Below, one piece after another: positions 47,999-57,988 of a stretch of 64,000 nt of DNA. Position numbers and translations under genes: made by a program. The DNA comes from Candidatus Bathyarchaeota archaeon (GTDB taxonomy: Archaea; Thermoproteota; Bathyarchaeia; Bathyarchaeales; Bathycorpusculaceae). The notes under the pieces were generated by a model. That model saw only the letters and a list, made by a program, of their open reading frames with translations, was not told the origin of the DNA and did not search any database. How positions within the stretch are numbered: position 1 is the stretch's first letter; every line of letters begins with the position of its first letter. The DNA is taken from NCBI GenBank assembly GCA_963832745.1, contig CAWHVC010000001.1, positions 96,001 to 160,000 of the forward strand, given 5' to 3'.

Positions 47999-49444
47999 AT
48001 GCCTTGCCCAACATGCGGCACCTTAGCTATACAATTTGGAGTACACACCATTTGTCCCAAATGTAACAAAGTGCCTCTTTTGAAGCGAGAAGACGCAATT
48101 CTCAGGCTCTTTCAAAATGAGACAACAATTGAATCACAAGTCTACCAAATAATGAGAGATAGGCTTGATAAAACTGACTTATTGTTGAAATTATTATGGG
48201 TTAGGGAGGCTTATTGTCGAAGTTTTTGGGAAAGATACCAATCATTTGACACTAACAAATTTCTTTCATCAAACTTACTTATCTACAGAATAATTGACGA
48301 CAAGTCATTTACTGGGAAATATAAAGGAACCAAAAAAGATGTTGAGGAATTAGTAAACGGTTTCAAAAAAATAATTGAAAGTAAAGAAAATTGTCTTCTT
48401 CTCTTGCATGGCTTAGGAGAACCTTTCGAATTAAATAAAATAAATATTCTATTTAATGAACGCTATTTTCCAATTTTAAAGGCATATGAAGATAATGACA
48501 TCTGGCAATCACATAAAGCAAACAAAAAAATCGATGAATATTCAAATTTACTTGATTCCGCAATAAAAAATAGTCATAAGGCTGAACATTATTCACCTAA
48601 ACAATTTATTGAAGAATTCTACCCAACTATCCATCAGTTTTACTGTTGTTTTCTGAGAAACGAAATCTACAAGGAAGTTTTTGGTTCACTTAGCAATTAT
48701 GAAACTGACCTTAACCCGCGGGCTCTTCTAATTTTTATTAATTCCTATCCGTTAATTGAAGGAGCGCTTTTTCATACGCCCCTTTCCGAGTTTATTAAAA
48801 GAGCGAAAAAATATTTTGGATTTACACAGAAAAGAATCAAGGACGTGCTATTATTTAACAGAGAAAACACTAAGCCTCTCCCAATATTCTTGGAAATTAA
48901 TGGGCAAGTCTACATTTCTCACAAAATGTCCCTCTTTTTCTACATTCTATTACATGTAGTAATTTACAAAGATTTGTTTGATCAGGAGACAGTAAAGCGA
49001 AGTAAAGAATTTGAGAAGCTTGAAGTTAGAGATGCTTTTCAAAAAATTGGATGGAATTATGTAGCAAACGTTAAAGACAAAAAGAAACGGACAATCGAGA
49101 TTGATGGCATAGCTTTCTCAAAAAATCGAATAGTAGTTATTGAATGTAAAGCATGGAAGCTTACGCCGTTCTATGAATATCAAACACATCAGAGCTATTT
49201 AACTAGGGATATCCAGGGCATAATTGATGGAATAAAATATACTAATAAAAAACCTAAAAAAATACCCAGTTTAATTGAAAAAATAGAATACGTAAAAACA
49301 AACACGCAAGTTTTGGGTATAGATAAAGCTAAATTTGACGTCATAGAAGGAATTGTAGTGTTAAGGCACTTTTCACCGATATCAGAATACAAAGGCATAC
49401 ACGTTTTAGGCATAAAAGAAATAGCAAAAAGATACGGTTCATGA
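47999..49444 (+). CDS. Protein with N-terminal zinc ribbon and C-terminal PD-(D/E)XK (NERD-like) nuclease
   Basis: CPTC..CPKC; EFE..V, EIDGIAF..IVVIECKA. Confidence 0.75.
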   Translation: MPCPTCGTLAIQFGVHTICPKCNKVPLLKREDAILRLFQNETTIESQVYQIMRDRLDKTDLLLKLLWVREAYCRSFWERYQSFDTNKFLSSNLLIYRIIDDKSFTGKYKGTKKDVEELVNGFKKIIESKENCLLLLHGLGEPFELNKINILFNERYFPILKAYEDNDIWQSHKANKKIDEYSNLLDSAIKNSHKAEHYSPKQFIEEFYPTIHQFYCCFLRNEIYKEVFGSLSNYETDLNPRALLIFINSYPLIEGALFHTPLSEFIKRAKKYFGFTQKRIKDVLLFNRENTKPLPIFLEINGQVYISHKMSLFFYILLHVVIYKDLFDQETVKRSKEFEKLEVRDAFQKIGWNYVANVKDKKKRTIEIDGIAFSKNRIVVIECKAWKLTPFYEYQTHQSYLTRDIQGIIDGIKYTNKKPKKIPSLIEKIEYVKTNTQVLGIDKAKFDVIEGIVVLRHFSPISEYKGIHVLGIKEIAKRYGS

Positions 49445-49790
49445 GACGATTCGTAATGTTTACCGTCCTCTTATATCGCTTCGCTCCCGCTTGCGCGTTC
49501 GCTTCGCTTCCCGTATAGGTGCAAACAAAAAATGTATCTTCATTCATGTATGCCACTATGTTCAAACTCACATTCCGATAAATTAGATGTTTGCTATAGT
49601 CAAGCCGACAAACCTTATATCTAGTAATCAACCAATAGCTGATTGAGGAAACAACAAAACAATTACCTCAAAAAGTTAGTTTAGGAGATGGATGATATTA
49701 AGAATATTAGTGTGCCCAATAAGGCGGGTTACATCCAAAACACCATGCCCAATTTAACGGTGAATTGATTGGGGGTTTAAGCCTAAAAAG

Positions 49791-49979
49791 TCAATGCATG
49801 ATGTTATTGTTTGTTTGGTTTTTGGTGGTGTTTTCTTTGTATTTGTCGAGTGCCCAGCGTCGTAGTAGCATTGTGGGGCTTCTTATGCCTTCTAGTTTTA
49901 GTTGTTCTTTGTTTGTTTCGTAGTAGTCTTGTATGAGTTTCCATTCTTCGGCTGGGATGCTGATTTTGTGTTGAGGCAT
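49791..49979 (-). CDS. Small ribbon-helix-helix-like protein
   Basis: KISIPAEEW..I...GIRSPTMLLRRWA. Confidence 0.5.
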   Translation of the reverse strand: MPQHKISIPAEEWKLIQDYYETNKEQLKLEGIRSPTMLLRRWALDKYKENTTKNQTNNNIMH

Positions 49980-50123
49980 TTCTGTTCGCCCTTTTTGGAT
50001 TCAATCTGTTTGGGAGTTGTTATTTAATTGTTATTTAACTATTACGTTAATTTCGATAAAGCTTATAAGTGGAATTGCAAAATTGGTAGTTAACTAACTA
50101 TGTAATTAGGTGCAGATGAGTAG

Positions 50124-50420
50124 GTGACAAAAATGAACGAAAATATTCCCGAATCCGAAGTCCTCCTCAACCGCTGTGAACTCGAAAAAATGCTCCAGAA
50201 AGCACGCTTAGAAGGCGCCATAGGTTACATAACGTATCTCTGCCAAGCTTTAGATGAAAAGAAAATCAAAACCTTAAACGAATTAAGCCAAACAGTCAGG
50301 GACGATTGGGGTTGTGCATGTAGTGCGGTTGGGGCGTTGATGATGGAGAACCTGCTTTTCGACGGCTACGCAAACGGTTTAATGGCAAACATCAAACCAG
50401 AAAAAACACAGACGCCGTAG
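50124..50420 (+). CDS. Hypothetical protein
   Basis: 98-aa ORF, AGGTG RBS, divergent from the RHH-like gene. Confidence 0.55.
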   Translation: MTKMNENIPESEVLLNRCELEKMLQKARLEGAIGYITYLCQALDEKKIKTLNELSQTVRDDWGCACSAVGALMMENLLFDGYANGLMANIKPEKTQTP

Positions 50421-50452
50421 AAAAGCTGTTTTTGAGGTTTAAAAATTTGTGT

Positions 50453-50530
50453 TGGTGGACCGTACCGGATTCGAACCGGTGATCTTCGCCGTGTGAAGGC
50501 GACGTCCTAGCCAGACTAGACTAACGGTCC
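50453..50530 (-). tRNA. tRNA-Val(CAC), CCA encoded
   Basis: GGACCGT acceptor, anticodon arm TCGCC-TTCACAC-GGCGA, T arm ACCGG-TTCGAAT-CCGGT, ACCA end. Confidence 0.95.
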
Positions 50531-50959
50531 AATGCTTTTGGGGATTGAAAATATGTACTTTCCCTTCATAAAGGCTTTCCCTGTCTTGTTGTATAAGTGG
50601 TGCTGTTAAAGGTGAAAAATGTTGGGCATTTATGAGGAAACTGAGTTTCATGAGCATAAGCACGATGGTCTGTTGATTTTTGTGTGTTTTTTGGGTAGTT
50701 CTTTGGTTGGCTATTTTGTGATGAATCATCTTGCGTTGCTTGGAATCTAACTTTACTTTTTTTAACCTGTTGCATGTTGTAAAGCTAATTATTTGTTGTA
50801 AGTTTTGACTTAACTAACTACTAACACTTTTCTTTTAATAGATATTATAAACTAAACGTATCAAATAGCCTCTTTATTGAGGAAGAAAACATCACATGCA
50901 CAGTTAACAAGCAAACTATGCATTGACAAACACCTTCCCCAATAAGGAGCGATAAAAAA

Positions 50960-53596
50960 TTGAAAACAAACAATAAATCGCTAGTTTTAATCAGCACCAT
51001 AATATTGCTCGCATCAACAATTCTAATCTTCATGCCTCCAACAGCAAACGCTCAACAAGGCGTAACAATAGGCACCCCACAAGTTCCAACCACAGGCGGA
51101 CCATTACCTGACGGAGTCACACCAAGTGTATCAATCGACACAATCCCATACGTAAGCTTCTCACCAAACCCAATCGGCGTAGGCCAAGACCTTTTAATCA
51201 ACGTTTGGCTACAACCCGCAACACAAGTCAACCGAGCACACACAGGATACACCGTAACAATCACCAAACCAGACGGTTCCGAAATAGTAGTTGGACCATT
51301 CGTTTCCTACCAAGCAGACGCAACAGCATGGTTAACCTACACGCCAAATGTAGCAGGAAACTATACAATCCAATTCTCCTTTGCAGGCGACTATTACCCA
51401 GCAGGATACTACTACATGGGCTTATTAGCCAACACGTCACAATCATCAACCATCTACGTTTCAGGCGGAAACATGGCAAACCAAGGCTTCAACGCCACAC
51501 AAGACTGCTACTACAAACCATCAACATCCCAAAAATACGCACTCGTAGTACAAGACGAAATGGTTCCAAGCTGGCAATCAACACCCCTACCAACAGATTA
51601 CTGGACACGCCCAATCACACCAAACAACCGAGAATGGTGGGTAATCGGCGGCAACTGCCCCAACAATGAAATCGGCGGCGGCACCGGTTCAGAAGGCTGG
51701 CCAGACAACACCAACATTTACCGAAGCAACTACAAATACACCCCATACGTTTTGGGACCAAACAGTGGACACATCGTCTGGAAAATGCAGGGCCCCGGAT
51801 TTAGCGGAGCCTTCGGCGGACTAATCGACGGAGCATACACCAAATATCAACAGGCAGACCAAGACTTCAACGGCGCAAGCTTCAGCTTCGGCACCGCAGG
51901 CCCAGGCAACGCTGGAAACCCCAACATTGTATGGCAAGGGCGATGCTACCAATCAATAACCAAAGTCTTCGACGGAGTAACACAGTCAGTTTGGACATGC
52001 TATGACCTGCGAACAGGAGAAATATACTGGGAAAAAACAGGCATAACCCAAGTTCCACAATACATTTCATACTCTGAAAACGCGCCGCCAGTCTCCGGAG
52101 CAGGCGCAAGAACCGACCGAACCGTAGCAAGCCTCCTGTACGTAGGCAACAACCGCGTAATCAAATACAACCCAATGACCGGCGCAGTAACACTTAACCA
52201 AAGCATTCCAACAATGAATTCTGTAAGCTTCTATGCAGACCCATACGTTTTAAGCATACAAAACCAAGGCAACACCACAAACCCAAACTACCACCTACTC
52301 AACTGGACACTTGAAGGACTAGGAAGCAACTTCACCAATAACGTGTTAAATGACGTATCATATCCTTTCTCGTCAATTGGAACAGCCGATTATGAATCAA
52401 TGGTGGCAATCACAACATCAAGCGCAACCTCCCCCGCAACAGGAGTAGCCTCTGACGTCAGAATAATCGCCACAAGCCTAACCTCAGGACAACTACTCTG
52501 GAACATTTCAGCAGACACTGGCTACCCAATCTTCAGCGGAACAACAGCAGTTGCAGATCACGGCAAATTCGCCGTACGATTTGACGATGGGCACTTCTAC
52601 GCTTGGGACCTCCACAGTGGACAAAGAGTTTGGCAAAGTGAACTTTCAAGCACTCCCTGGGGAACCTTCGGCTGCTATTCAGTAGAATCAGCCTATGGAC
52701 TGCTTTTCGCAAACCAATACGACGGAGTAGTAGCCTTCAACTGGAACGACGGCAAAATCGCCTGGTGGTTCCAAGCCCCAGCGCCAGCATTTGAAACACC
52801 ATACACCAACGGAACAGGAAACATAAACGGTTCAGTATACTCATTCTTCAGCGACAGCATAGTAGCAGACGGCAAAGTCTACACTTACACCGTAGAACAC
52901 TCGCCAACCGCCCCATTAACACGTGGCTGGAAAACATTCTGCATCAACGCAACCACAGGCGAACAAGTCTGGCAAGCAAATGCACCCATGACCCCTGGAG
53001 TCGTAGCAGACGGCTACATAACAGCAACAAGCTACTACGACGCTCACCTATACGTTTTCGGCAAAGGCATAAGCCAAACCACCGTTACAGCGCCACAAAC
53101 ACAAATAACCAGTGGAACAAACGCAGTAATATCTGGAACAGTGCTTGACCAGTCACCTGGACAGCCGGGAACACCATGTGTCAGCAAAGATTCAATGGCT
53201 GAATGGATGGCATACCTGCATCTCGATGGACCCTGCCCAACAAACATCGGCGGTGTCCCAGTATCTATCGACGCAGTTGACCCCAACAACAACTTTGTTC
53301 ACCTCGGAGAAACAGTAAGTGATGAAAGCGGCACCTTCGCATTCGTATGGACACCTGAAATGGCTGGAGATTACAAGATAAGCGCTACATTCGTAGGTGA
53401 CGACTCATACGGCAGTTCATACGCCAACACTTACGTTACAGTAGCCGACGCGGCAGCCCCAACGCCAACGGCATCCCAAAACAGCAGCACAAACGACATT
53501 GTCGGAGCACTTTCAACATACCTTATCGGTGTTGCAATCGCAATAATAATTGCGGTAGCCATCGTGGGCATGCTGATTCTGCGGAAAAAGGCATAA
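50960..53596 (+). CDS. Large secreted PQQ-like beta-propeller surface protein with C-terminal TM anchor
   Basis: Signal peptide; repeats YDLRTGEIYW, WDLHSGQRVW, INATTGEQVW, VADGKVY; C-terminal TM plus RKK. Confidence 0.85.
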   Translation: MKTNNKSLVLISTIILLASTILIFMPPTANAQQGVTIGTPQVPTTGGPLPDGVTPSVSIDTIPYVSFSPNPIGVGQDLLINVWLQPATQVNRAHTGYTVTITKPDGSEIVVGPFVSYQADATAWLTYTPNVAGNYTIQFSFAGDYYPAGYYYMGLLANTSQSSTIYVSGGNMANQGFNATQDCYYKPSTSQKYALVVQDEMVPSWQSTPLPTDYWTRPITPNNREWWVIGGNCPNNEIGGGTGSEGWPDNTNIYRSNYKYTPYVLGPNSGHIVWKMQGPGFSGAFGGLIDGAYTKYQQADQDFNGASFSFGTAGPGNAGNPNIVWQGRCYQSITKVFDGVTQSVWTCYDLRTGEIYWEKTGITQVPQYISYSENAPPVSGAGARTDRTVASLLYVGNNRVIKYNPMTGAVTLNQSIPTMNSVSFYADPYVLSIQNQGNTTNPNYHLLNWTLEGLGSNFTNNVLNDVSYPFSSIGTADYESMVAITTSSATSPATGVASDVRIIATSLTSGQLLWNISADTGYPIFSGTTAVADHGKFAVRFDDGHFYAWDLHSGQRVWQSELSSTPWGTFGCYSVESAYGLLFANQYDGVVAFNWNDGKIAWWFQAPAPAFETPYTNGTGNINGSVYSFFSDSIVADGKVYTYTVEHSPTAPLTRGWKTFCINATTGEQVWQANAPMTPGVVADGYITATSYYDAHLYVFGKGISQTTVTAPQTQITSGTNAVISGTVLDQSPGQPGTPCVSKDSMAEWMAYLHLDGPCPTNIGGVPVSIDAVDPNNNFVHLGETVSDESGTFAFVWTPEMAGDYKISATFVGDDSYGSSYANTYVTVADAAAPTPTASQNSSTNDIVGALSTYLIGVAIAIIIAVAIVGMLILRKKA

Positions 53597-53726
53597 AACA
53601 AAATCAACAATCCTCTTCTTTTTTTGTTTTTAAATCAATCACTTCTGTTTAGGTAAACAGGGTTTTGTTTTCAGAAACCTTTAAAACAGCATAGGTCATT
53701 TTTGATGTGAGTGTCCCAGGATATGT

Positions 53727-53803
53727 GCCGAGGTAGCTCAGCCTGGGAGAGCGCTCGGCTGAAGACCGAGTCGTCGCATGTTCAAACCCTGCCCTCGGCA
53801 CCA
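53727..53803 (+). tRNA. tRNA-Phe(GAA), CCA encoded, one T-stem mismatch
   Basis: GCCGAGG acceptor, CTCGG-CTGAAGA-CCGAG, T arm GCATG-TTCAAAC-CCTGC. Confidence 0.92.
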
Positions 53804-53865
53804 CACCATTAACTTGACATCTGTTAGCGACACTTTTTAATTGGCGTGGAACTGTTAGCAACATT

Positions 53866-53993
53866 TTATTTAGGTTTCCTAAACAACTTAACTTCCTTAT
53901 CTTTGCCATATTCACAGTGCAATTCAAAGCCCGTCTCGATTAGTTCCAATGCTTCTTCAGAGGTTCTTGAATCTTACACGTGAAATTCTCGGG
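53866..53993 (-). pseudogene. C-terminal relic of a tyrosine integrase
   Basis: PENFTCKI/(frameshift)SRTSEEALELIETGFELHCEYGKDKEVKLFRKPK* resembles the tail of this integrase family, comparable to 47730-47852. Confidence 0.6.
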
Positions 53994-54335
53994 CGGTACA
54001 ACTGAGTTGGGAGTTGTGTCAACATCTAAAGAATTCTATGAAAAAACTCAGATAGCTTATGTTTTATTTCTAAAATTTCTGGCGAAACCAGACTTCGGTC
54101 TCTTAGGGATTACACGGGCGCGCTTAAACAAGCCGGTTGGAACGTTAACCGTGTTGAGCGACCTACTTTCGACCTTGTAAACGTTGAGGTATCCAACGAT
54201 CCATGGCTAATAAATACTGCAACTATAATTGCGAATCTAAACATTCGGTCTTAATTGTTCGCCCTTTTCTAAAGGGTGTTATCGCTCTTTTTCTCTTTTT
54301 GTGTTTTTTGTTACGGAGTACGTAAACTTTAATTA

Positions 54336-54357
54336 GTTAGCTTATCTAACAGTTAGA
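54336..54357. promoter_or_regulatory. Overlapping inverted repeats, putative MarR operator
   Basis: GTTAG-N5-CTAAC and TCTAAC-A-GTTAGA immediately upstream of marR. Confidence 0.55.
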
Positions 54358-54369
54358 AAGTGAAATTAA

Positions 54370-54822
54370 TTGTCTGCTGAAGAATGTGCCCATGAATTAC
54401 TTGAAACTGTCCCTTTAGTTATGAGGGATATACGCACACAAATGCGTAATCGAAGAAGCACCGACCTCACTGTCCCCCAATACCGTACCTTAGCTTTCAT
54501 ACACCGAAATGAAGGTGCCTCACTTACCAAAGTAGCAGACCACCTAGGTCTCAAGTTGCCAACTATGTCCAAGATGGTAGATTCCCTTTTCAACAAGGGA
54601 TTATTGCAACGCGAGGAGCAGTCCACAGATAGGCGTCGCGTGAAGTTGGTCGCTACGGCGCAGGGCGTAAAAATAATGGAGGCTTCTAGACAGGGAACTC
54701 TGAAGCATCTTTCCATGCAACTGGAACCAGTAAAGGTCGCAGATAAACAGGTCATTGTTGAAGCGATGAAAATATTGCGTTTAGTCTTCAAAGAAGCAAA
54801 TAAAACATTAGACGTGAAATAA
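54370..54822 (+). CDS. MarR-family transcriptional regulator
   Basis: LTVPQYRTL, SLTKVADHL, DRRRVKL. Confidence 0.92.
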   Translation: MSAEECAHELLETVPLVMRDIRTQMRNRRSTDLTVPQYRTLAFIHRNEGASLTKVADHLGLKLPTMSKMVDSLFNKGLLQREEQSTDRRRVKLVATAQGVKIMEASRQGTLKHLSMQLEPVKVADKQVIVEAMKILRLVFKEANKTLDVK

Positions 54823-54906
54823 CCATGCTACTTCTAAAGGCTGTATATTTTCCCTACCGCTCAAGTTATTCTGAATCTGTAACCAAAAATTGAAGGAGTA
54901 AATTCT

Positions 54907-55906
54907 ATGGGTCTCGCTATTGATATTCAAAATCTTGCCAAAACTTATGCTGGAGGGTTTAGAGCGCTTGATGGCGTCAACTTAAAAGTTGAAGCTGGCA
55001 AAGTTTTTGCTCTTCTGGGTCCTAACGGTGCTGGAAAAACCACTCTAATGAGGATTTTGACAACTCAACTTAAACCAACTGAAGGCTCGGCCAGCGTCTT
55101 TGGGTTAGATGTCGATAAAGAGGATGCAAAGGTTAGACGGCTTATCGGTTATGTTCCGCAAGAGATGAGTGTTTGGACCGATATAAGTGGTTACGAAAAT
55201 TTGCTTATTTACGCTAAACTGTATGGTGTTCCATCTTCAAAAAGAAAAGAAATAATTGAAGATGCCTTAAGAAAAATGGGTTTAACTCCAGTTAAAGATC
55301 GACTTCTTAAGACGTACTCAGGTGGTATGATTCGTAGGCTTGAGATTGCTTGTGTTTTGTGGGTTAAACCTAAAATTCTTCATAGTTGACGAACCCACTA
55401 TCGGTTTAGACCCCTCCGCTCGGAAAGTAGTGTGGTCTGAACTTACATCCTTTAAACGTGAATGTGGTGTAACCGTTTTCTTTAATACACATTACATGGA
55501 TGAAGCTGACCTGTATTCAGACGGAATCGCTATAATTAACAATGGTAAAATCGTAAAAGTAAGCACTGCTGATGAACTCAAGCGTTCAGTTGGAAGAGAC
55601 ATTCTATCATTAGCCATAGATAGTGATCAATTAAGCAAGGCTTGCCTGAAAAAAGTAAAGCACATAAATCTGGTTGATGATGTTGTCCAAAACGATTCAG
55701 AATTAAGGATAACAACTAAAGATGCCGAGACCATCTTGCCTGACATCATCGAAACTTTAAGATTTGAACGTGTCTCTATCCATAAAGTTTCTATGACAAG
55801 GCCAACCTTGGATGATGTTTTTCTAAAATATGCCGGGCTTAGGCTCGATTCTACTGGTAGAATCAGCGAGGTTAGACAAGTACGCGATATGATTCGGAGA
55901 GGTTAA
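54907..55906 (+). CDS. ABC-2 exporter ATPase (DrrA-like); frameshift near 55380
   Basis: GPNGAGKTT, YSGGMIRRLE in frame 1; VDEPTIGLD, THYMDEA in frame 2. Confidence 0.85.
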
Positions 55907-55935
55907 CCATACAACTGCCTACTTTTGTTAGAAAC

Positions 55936-56679
55936 GTGTTCGTTATGATGGAGCTTGAATTAAGACGCATAAGACACGACAGAATGGAGCTCTATACCCG
56001 TGCAATCCAACCGGTCCTGTGGCTTGTTGTTTTTGCTCCAATAATGAGTGGTATCAAAGCTATACCTACAGGTAACATTCCCTATGTTGACTACGTTGTG
56101 CCAGGCGTTTTGATACAGTCTACAACGATGGTTGCCATATTCTTCGGTTTAACGCTAATTTTCGAGCGTGAATCAGGCATACTCAAAAAACTCCTAGTTA
56201 CTCCAACTTCCAGATACACAATTGTTATAGGCCGATCGATGTCCGCAGGTGTCAGAGCATTGTTTCAAATTCTGATAATTATTCCCTTCGCATTATTGAT
56301 AGGTGTAAGCTTCTTACCAAACCCTTTGAATTTCTTATTGGCAATTCTTATACTGTTTTTTGCCGCTGGCGGTTTCGCGGCGCTTTCGATTTTTATCGCT
56401 TCATTCTTGAAGGCGCGTGAGCGGTTTCAAGCCATAGGTCAAGCTATAACTTTTCCGTTGTTCTTTGCAAGTAATTCGCTATACCCAATTAGTTTGATGC
56501 CGCCTATTTTACAGGAGTTTTCACGCTACAACCCAATGACATACATAGTTGACGCTGTTAGAGGCTTGCTTATAAGCGGCGATTTGTCAAATTTGCCTAT
56601 TGATTTGCTGGGTACATCAGTGTTTGTTGGTTTAATGTTCTTTTTAGCTTCTGTGAGTTTTAAGAGAATAATCCAATAA
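55936..56679 (+). CDS. ABC-2 exporter permease
   Basis: QPVLWL, ERESG, PLFFASNSLYP, NPMTYIVDAVR. Confidence 0.88.
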   Translation: MFVMMELELRRIRHDRMELYTRAIQPVLWLVVFAPIMSGIKAIPTGNIPYVDYVVPGVLIQSTTMVAIFFGLTLIFERESGILKKLLVTPTSRYTIVIGRSMSAGVRALFQILIIIPFALLIGVSFLPNPLNFLLAILILFFAAGGFAALSIFIASFLKARERFQAIGQAITFPLFFASNSLYPISLMPPILQEFSRYNPMTYIVDAVRGLLISGDLSNLPIDLLGTSVFVGLMFFLASVSFKRIIQ

Positions 56680-56789
56680 AACTATTTTTTTATGCTTTTA
56701 AAAAAATAATTGGGCATTTTGCCGTTTGTTCACCAGTAACGCTTGTTTAGCTTTGTCTTTGTTTGTCGTCATGGAAACCGTCATTTTAT

Positions 56790-57577
56790 GTACTATTTTG
56801 TTGTCTATGGTTTGTCCGTAAATGAGCCTTAAAACATTAGTGCGACTCAGCAAAATTTTTGGTTCCAGCACCATAACCTACTTTCAATGGAACAATGGCT
56901 GGGTAAAAAAGACAAACATCATCTATCAAGTTAGTTAAAATGGATACGCCTGTGGGTGTTGCAAGTTCTGCTTCTATTGGTCCACCGTGAAATGGGAACT
57001 GGTTTGTTTGAAGTATGGCTAATGTTGCAGGGGCTGGACTTGGTATAGTGCCGTGTGAAATTTTGAAGATTCCTCCACCTACCGCGATAGGTGTAGAATA
57101 TATTTTTGTGTCAAACAAGCCTAAATCGTCTATTGCTACTGTGGTTCCAATTATTTCAGCGGCTGTGTCTACTAGTGAGACCTCATCCAGAACGCCATCG
57201 TAAAACTTTGTTTTATGCAGTTTTTCTTCGGTATTGACCAGTGTTAGAATTGTTTTGGAAGCAAATTCTTTAGCTTTTGTAGACAGTTGAAGTTTGCTTG
57301 TGACATCATCCACGATTTCGATAAGCTCTTTGCTTAATTTCCTATCCGGTGTTTCTGAGGTTACATCAATGTTAGTTGATTTAAACTCGCTACGCATTAC
57401 CTGCTTGATCTGAATTTTAATGTTTTTGTACCCATAAATAGGGTTGTCCAAATTTTTTATTGCATCCACAATCTTGTCAACGTTAGCTCCCAAGTCAATT
57501 AATGCTCCAAGAACCATATCGCCTGCTATGCCGGAAGCTTGACAATCTATGATAAGTACCTTATTCTTTTCAATCAT
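56790..57577 (-). pseudogene. larC: LarC-like nickel-insertion protein, N-terminal part only
   Basis: IDCQASGIAGDMVLGALIDLG, HGTIPSPAPAT, ELATPTG, GYGAGTK; NVLRLIYG in a shifted frame; C-terminal domain absent. Confidence 0.75.
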
Positions 57578-57724
57578 AAAAATCACCAAAACCCAGTTTC
57601 CATAAAGGAAACAAGCAATAGAATGGTGGTATTGCCATGTTTTAAACTGACTGAACATTTAAACCTGTGGTTATGGTCGCAATACTACGGAAAATGCACC
57701 GTTTTCTTCCTTTGCTCGATAGGC

Positions 57725-57988
57725 TTATTCTTTAGTAACAATTTTATGTGCATTTAAACAATGGCCTCTCACAGCAGCACATTTTTTGGTCCTGTGTTCT
57801 CTTGTTGCTGCCCATTTTAGAATTGGAATTATTGCTTGTCTGAGTTCAATTCCTTCCTGGCTTAAGGAGTACTCTACTCTTGGTGGTATTTCTGCGAAGG
57901 CTTCTCTGTTAACCAGTGATTCTTCCTGTAGCTTTTTGAGTGTATCGGCCAATGTTTTAGGGCTGATTCCAGCTAATTCTTTCAGAAG
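57725..57988 (-). pseudogene. HxlR-family regulator lacking its N-terminus
   Basis: LLKELAGISPKTL, FAEIPPRVEYSL; no proper start. Confidence 0.8.

Larger units (their letters stand above)
41400..50452. mobile_element. Putative integrated island at the 3' end of tRNA-Val; left boundary uncertain
   Basis: Two tyrosine recombinases, small regulators, orphan AT-rich cargo, adjacent tRNA; no att duplication found. Confidence 0.55.
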
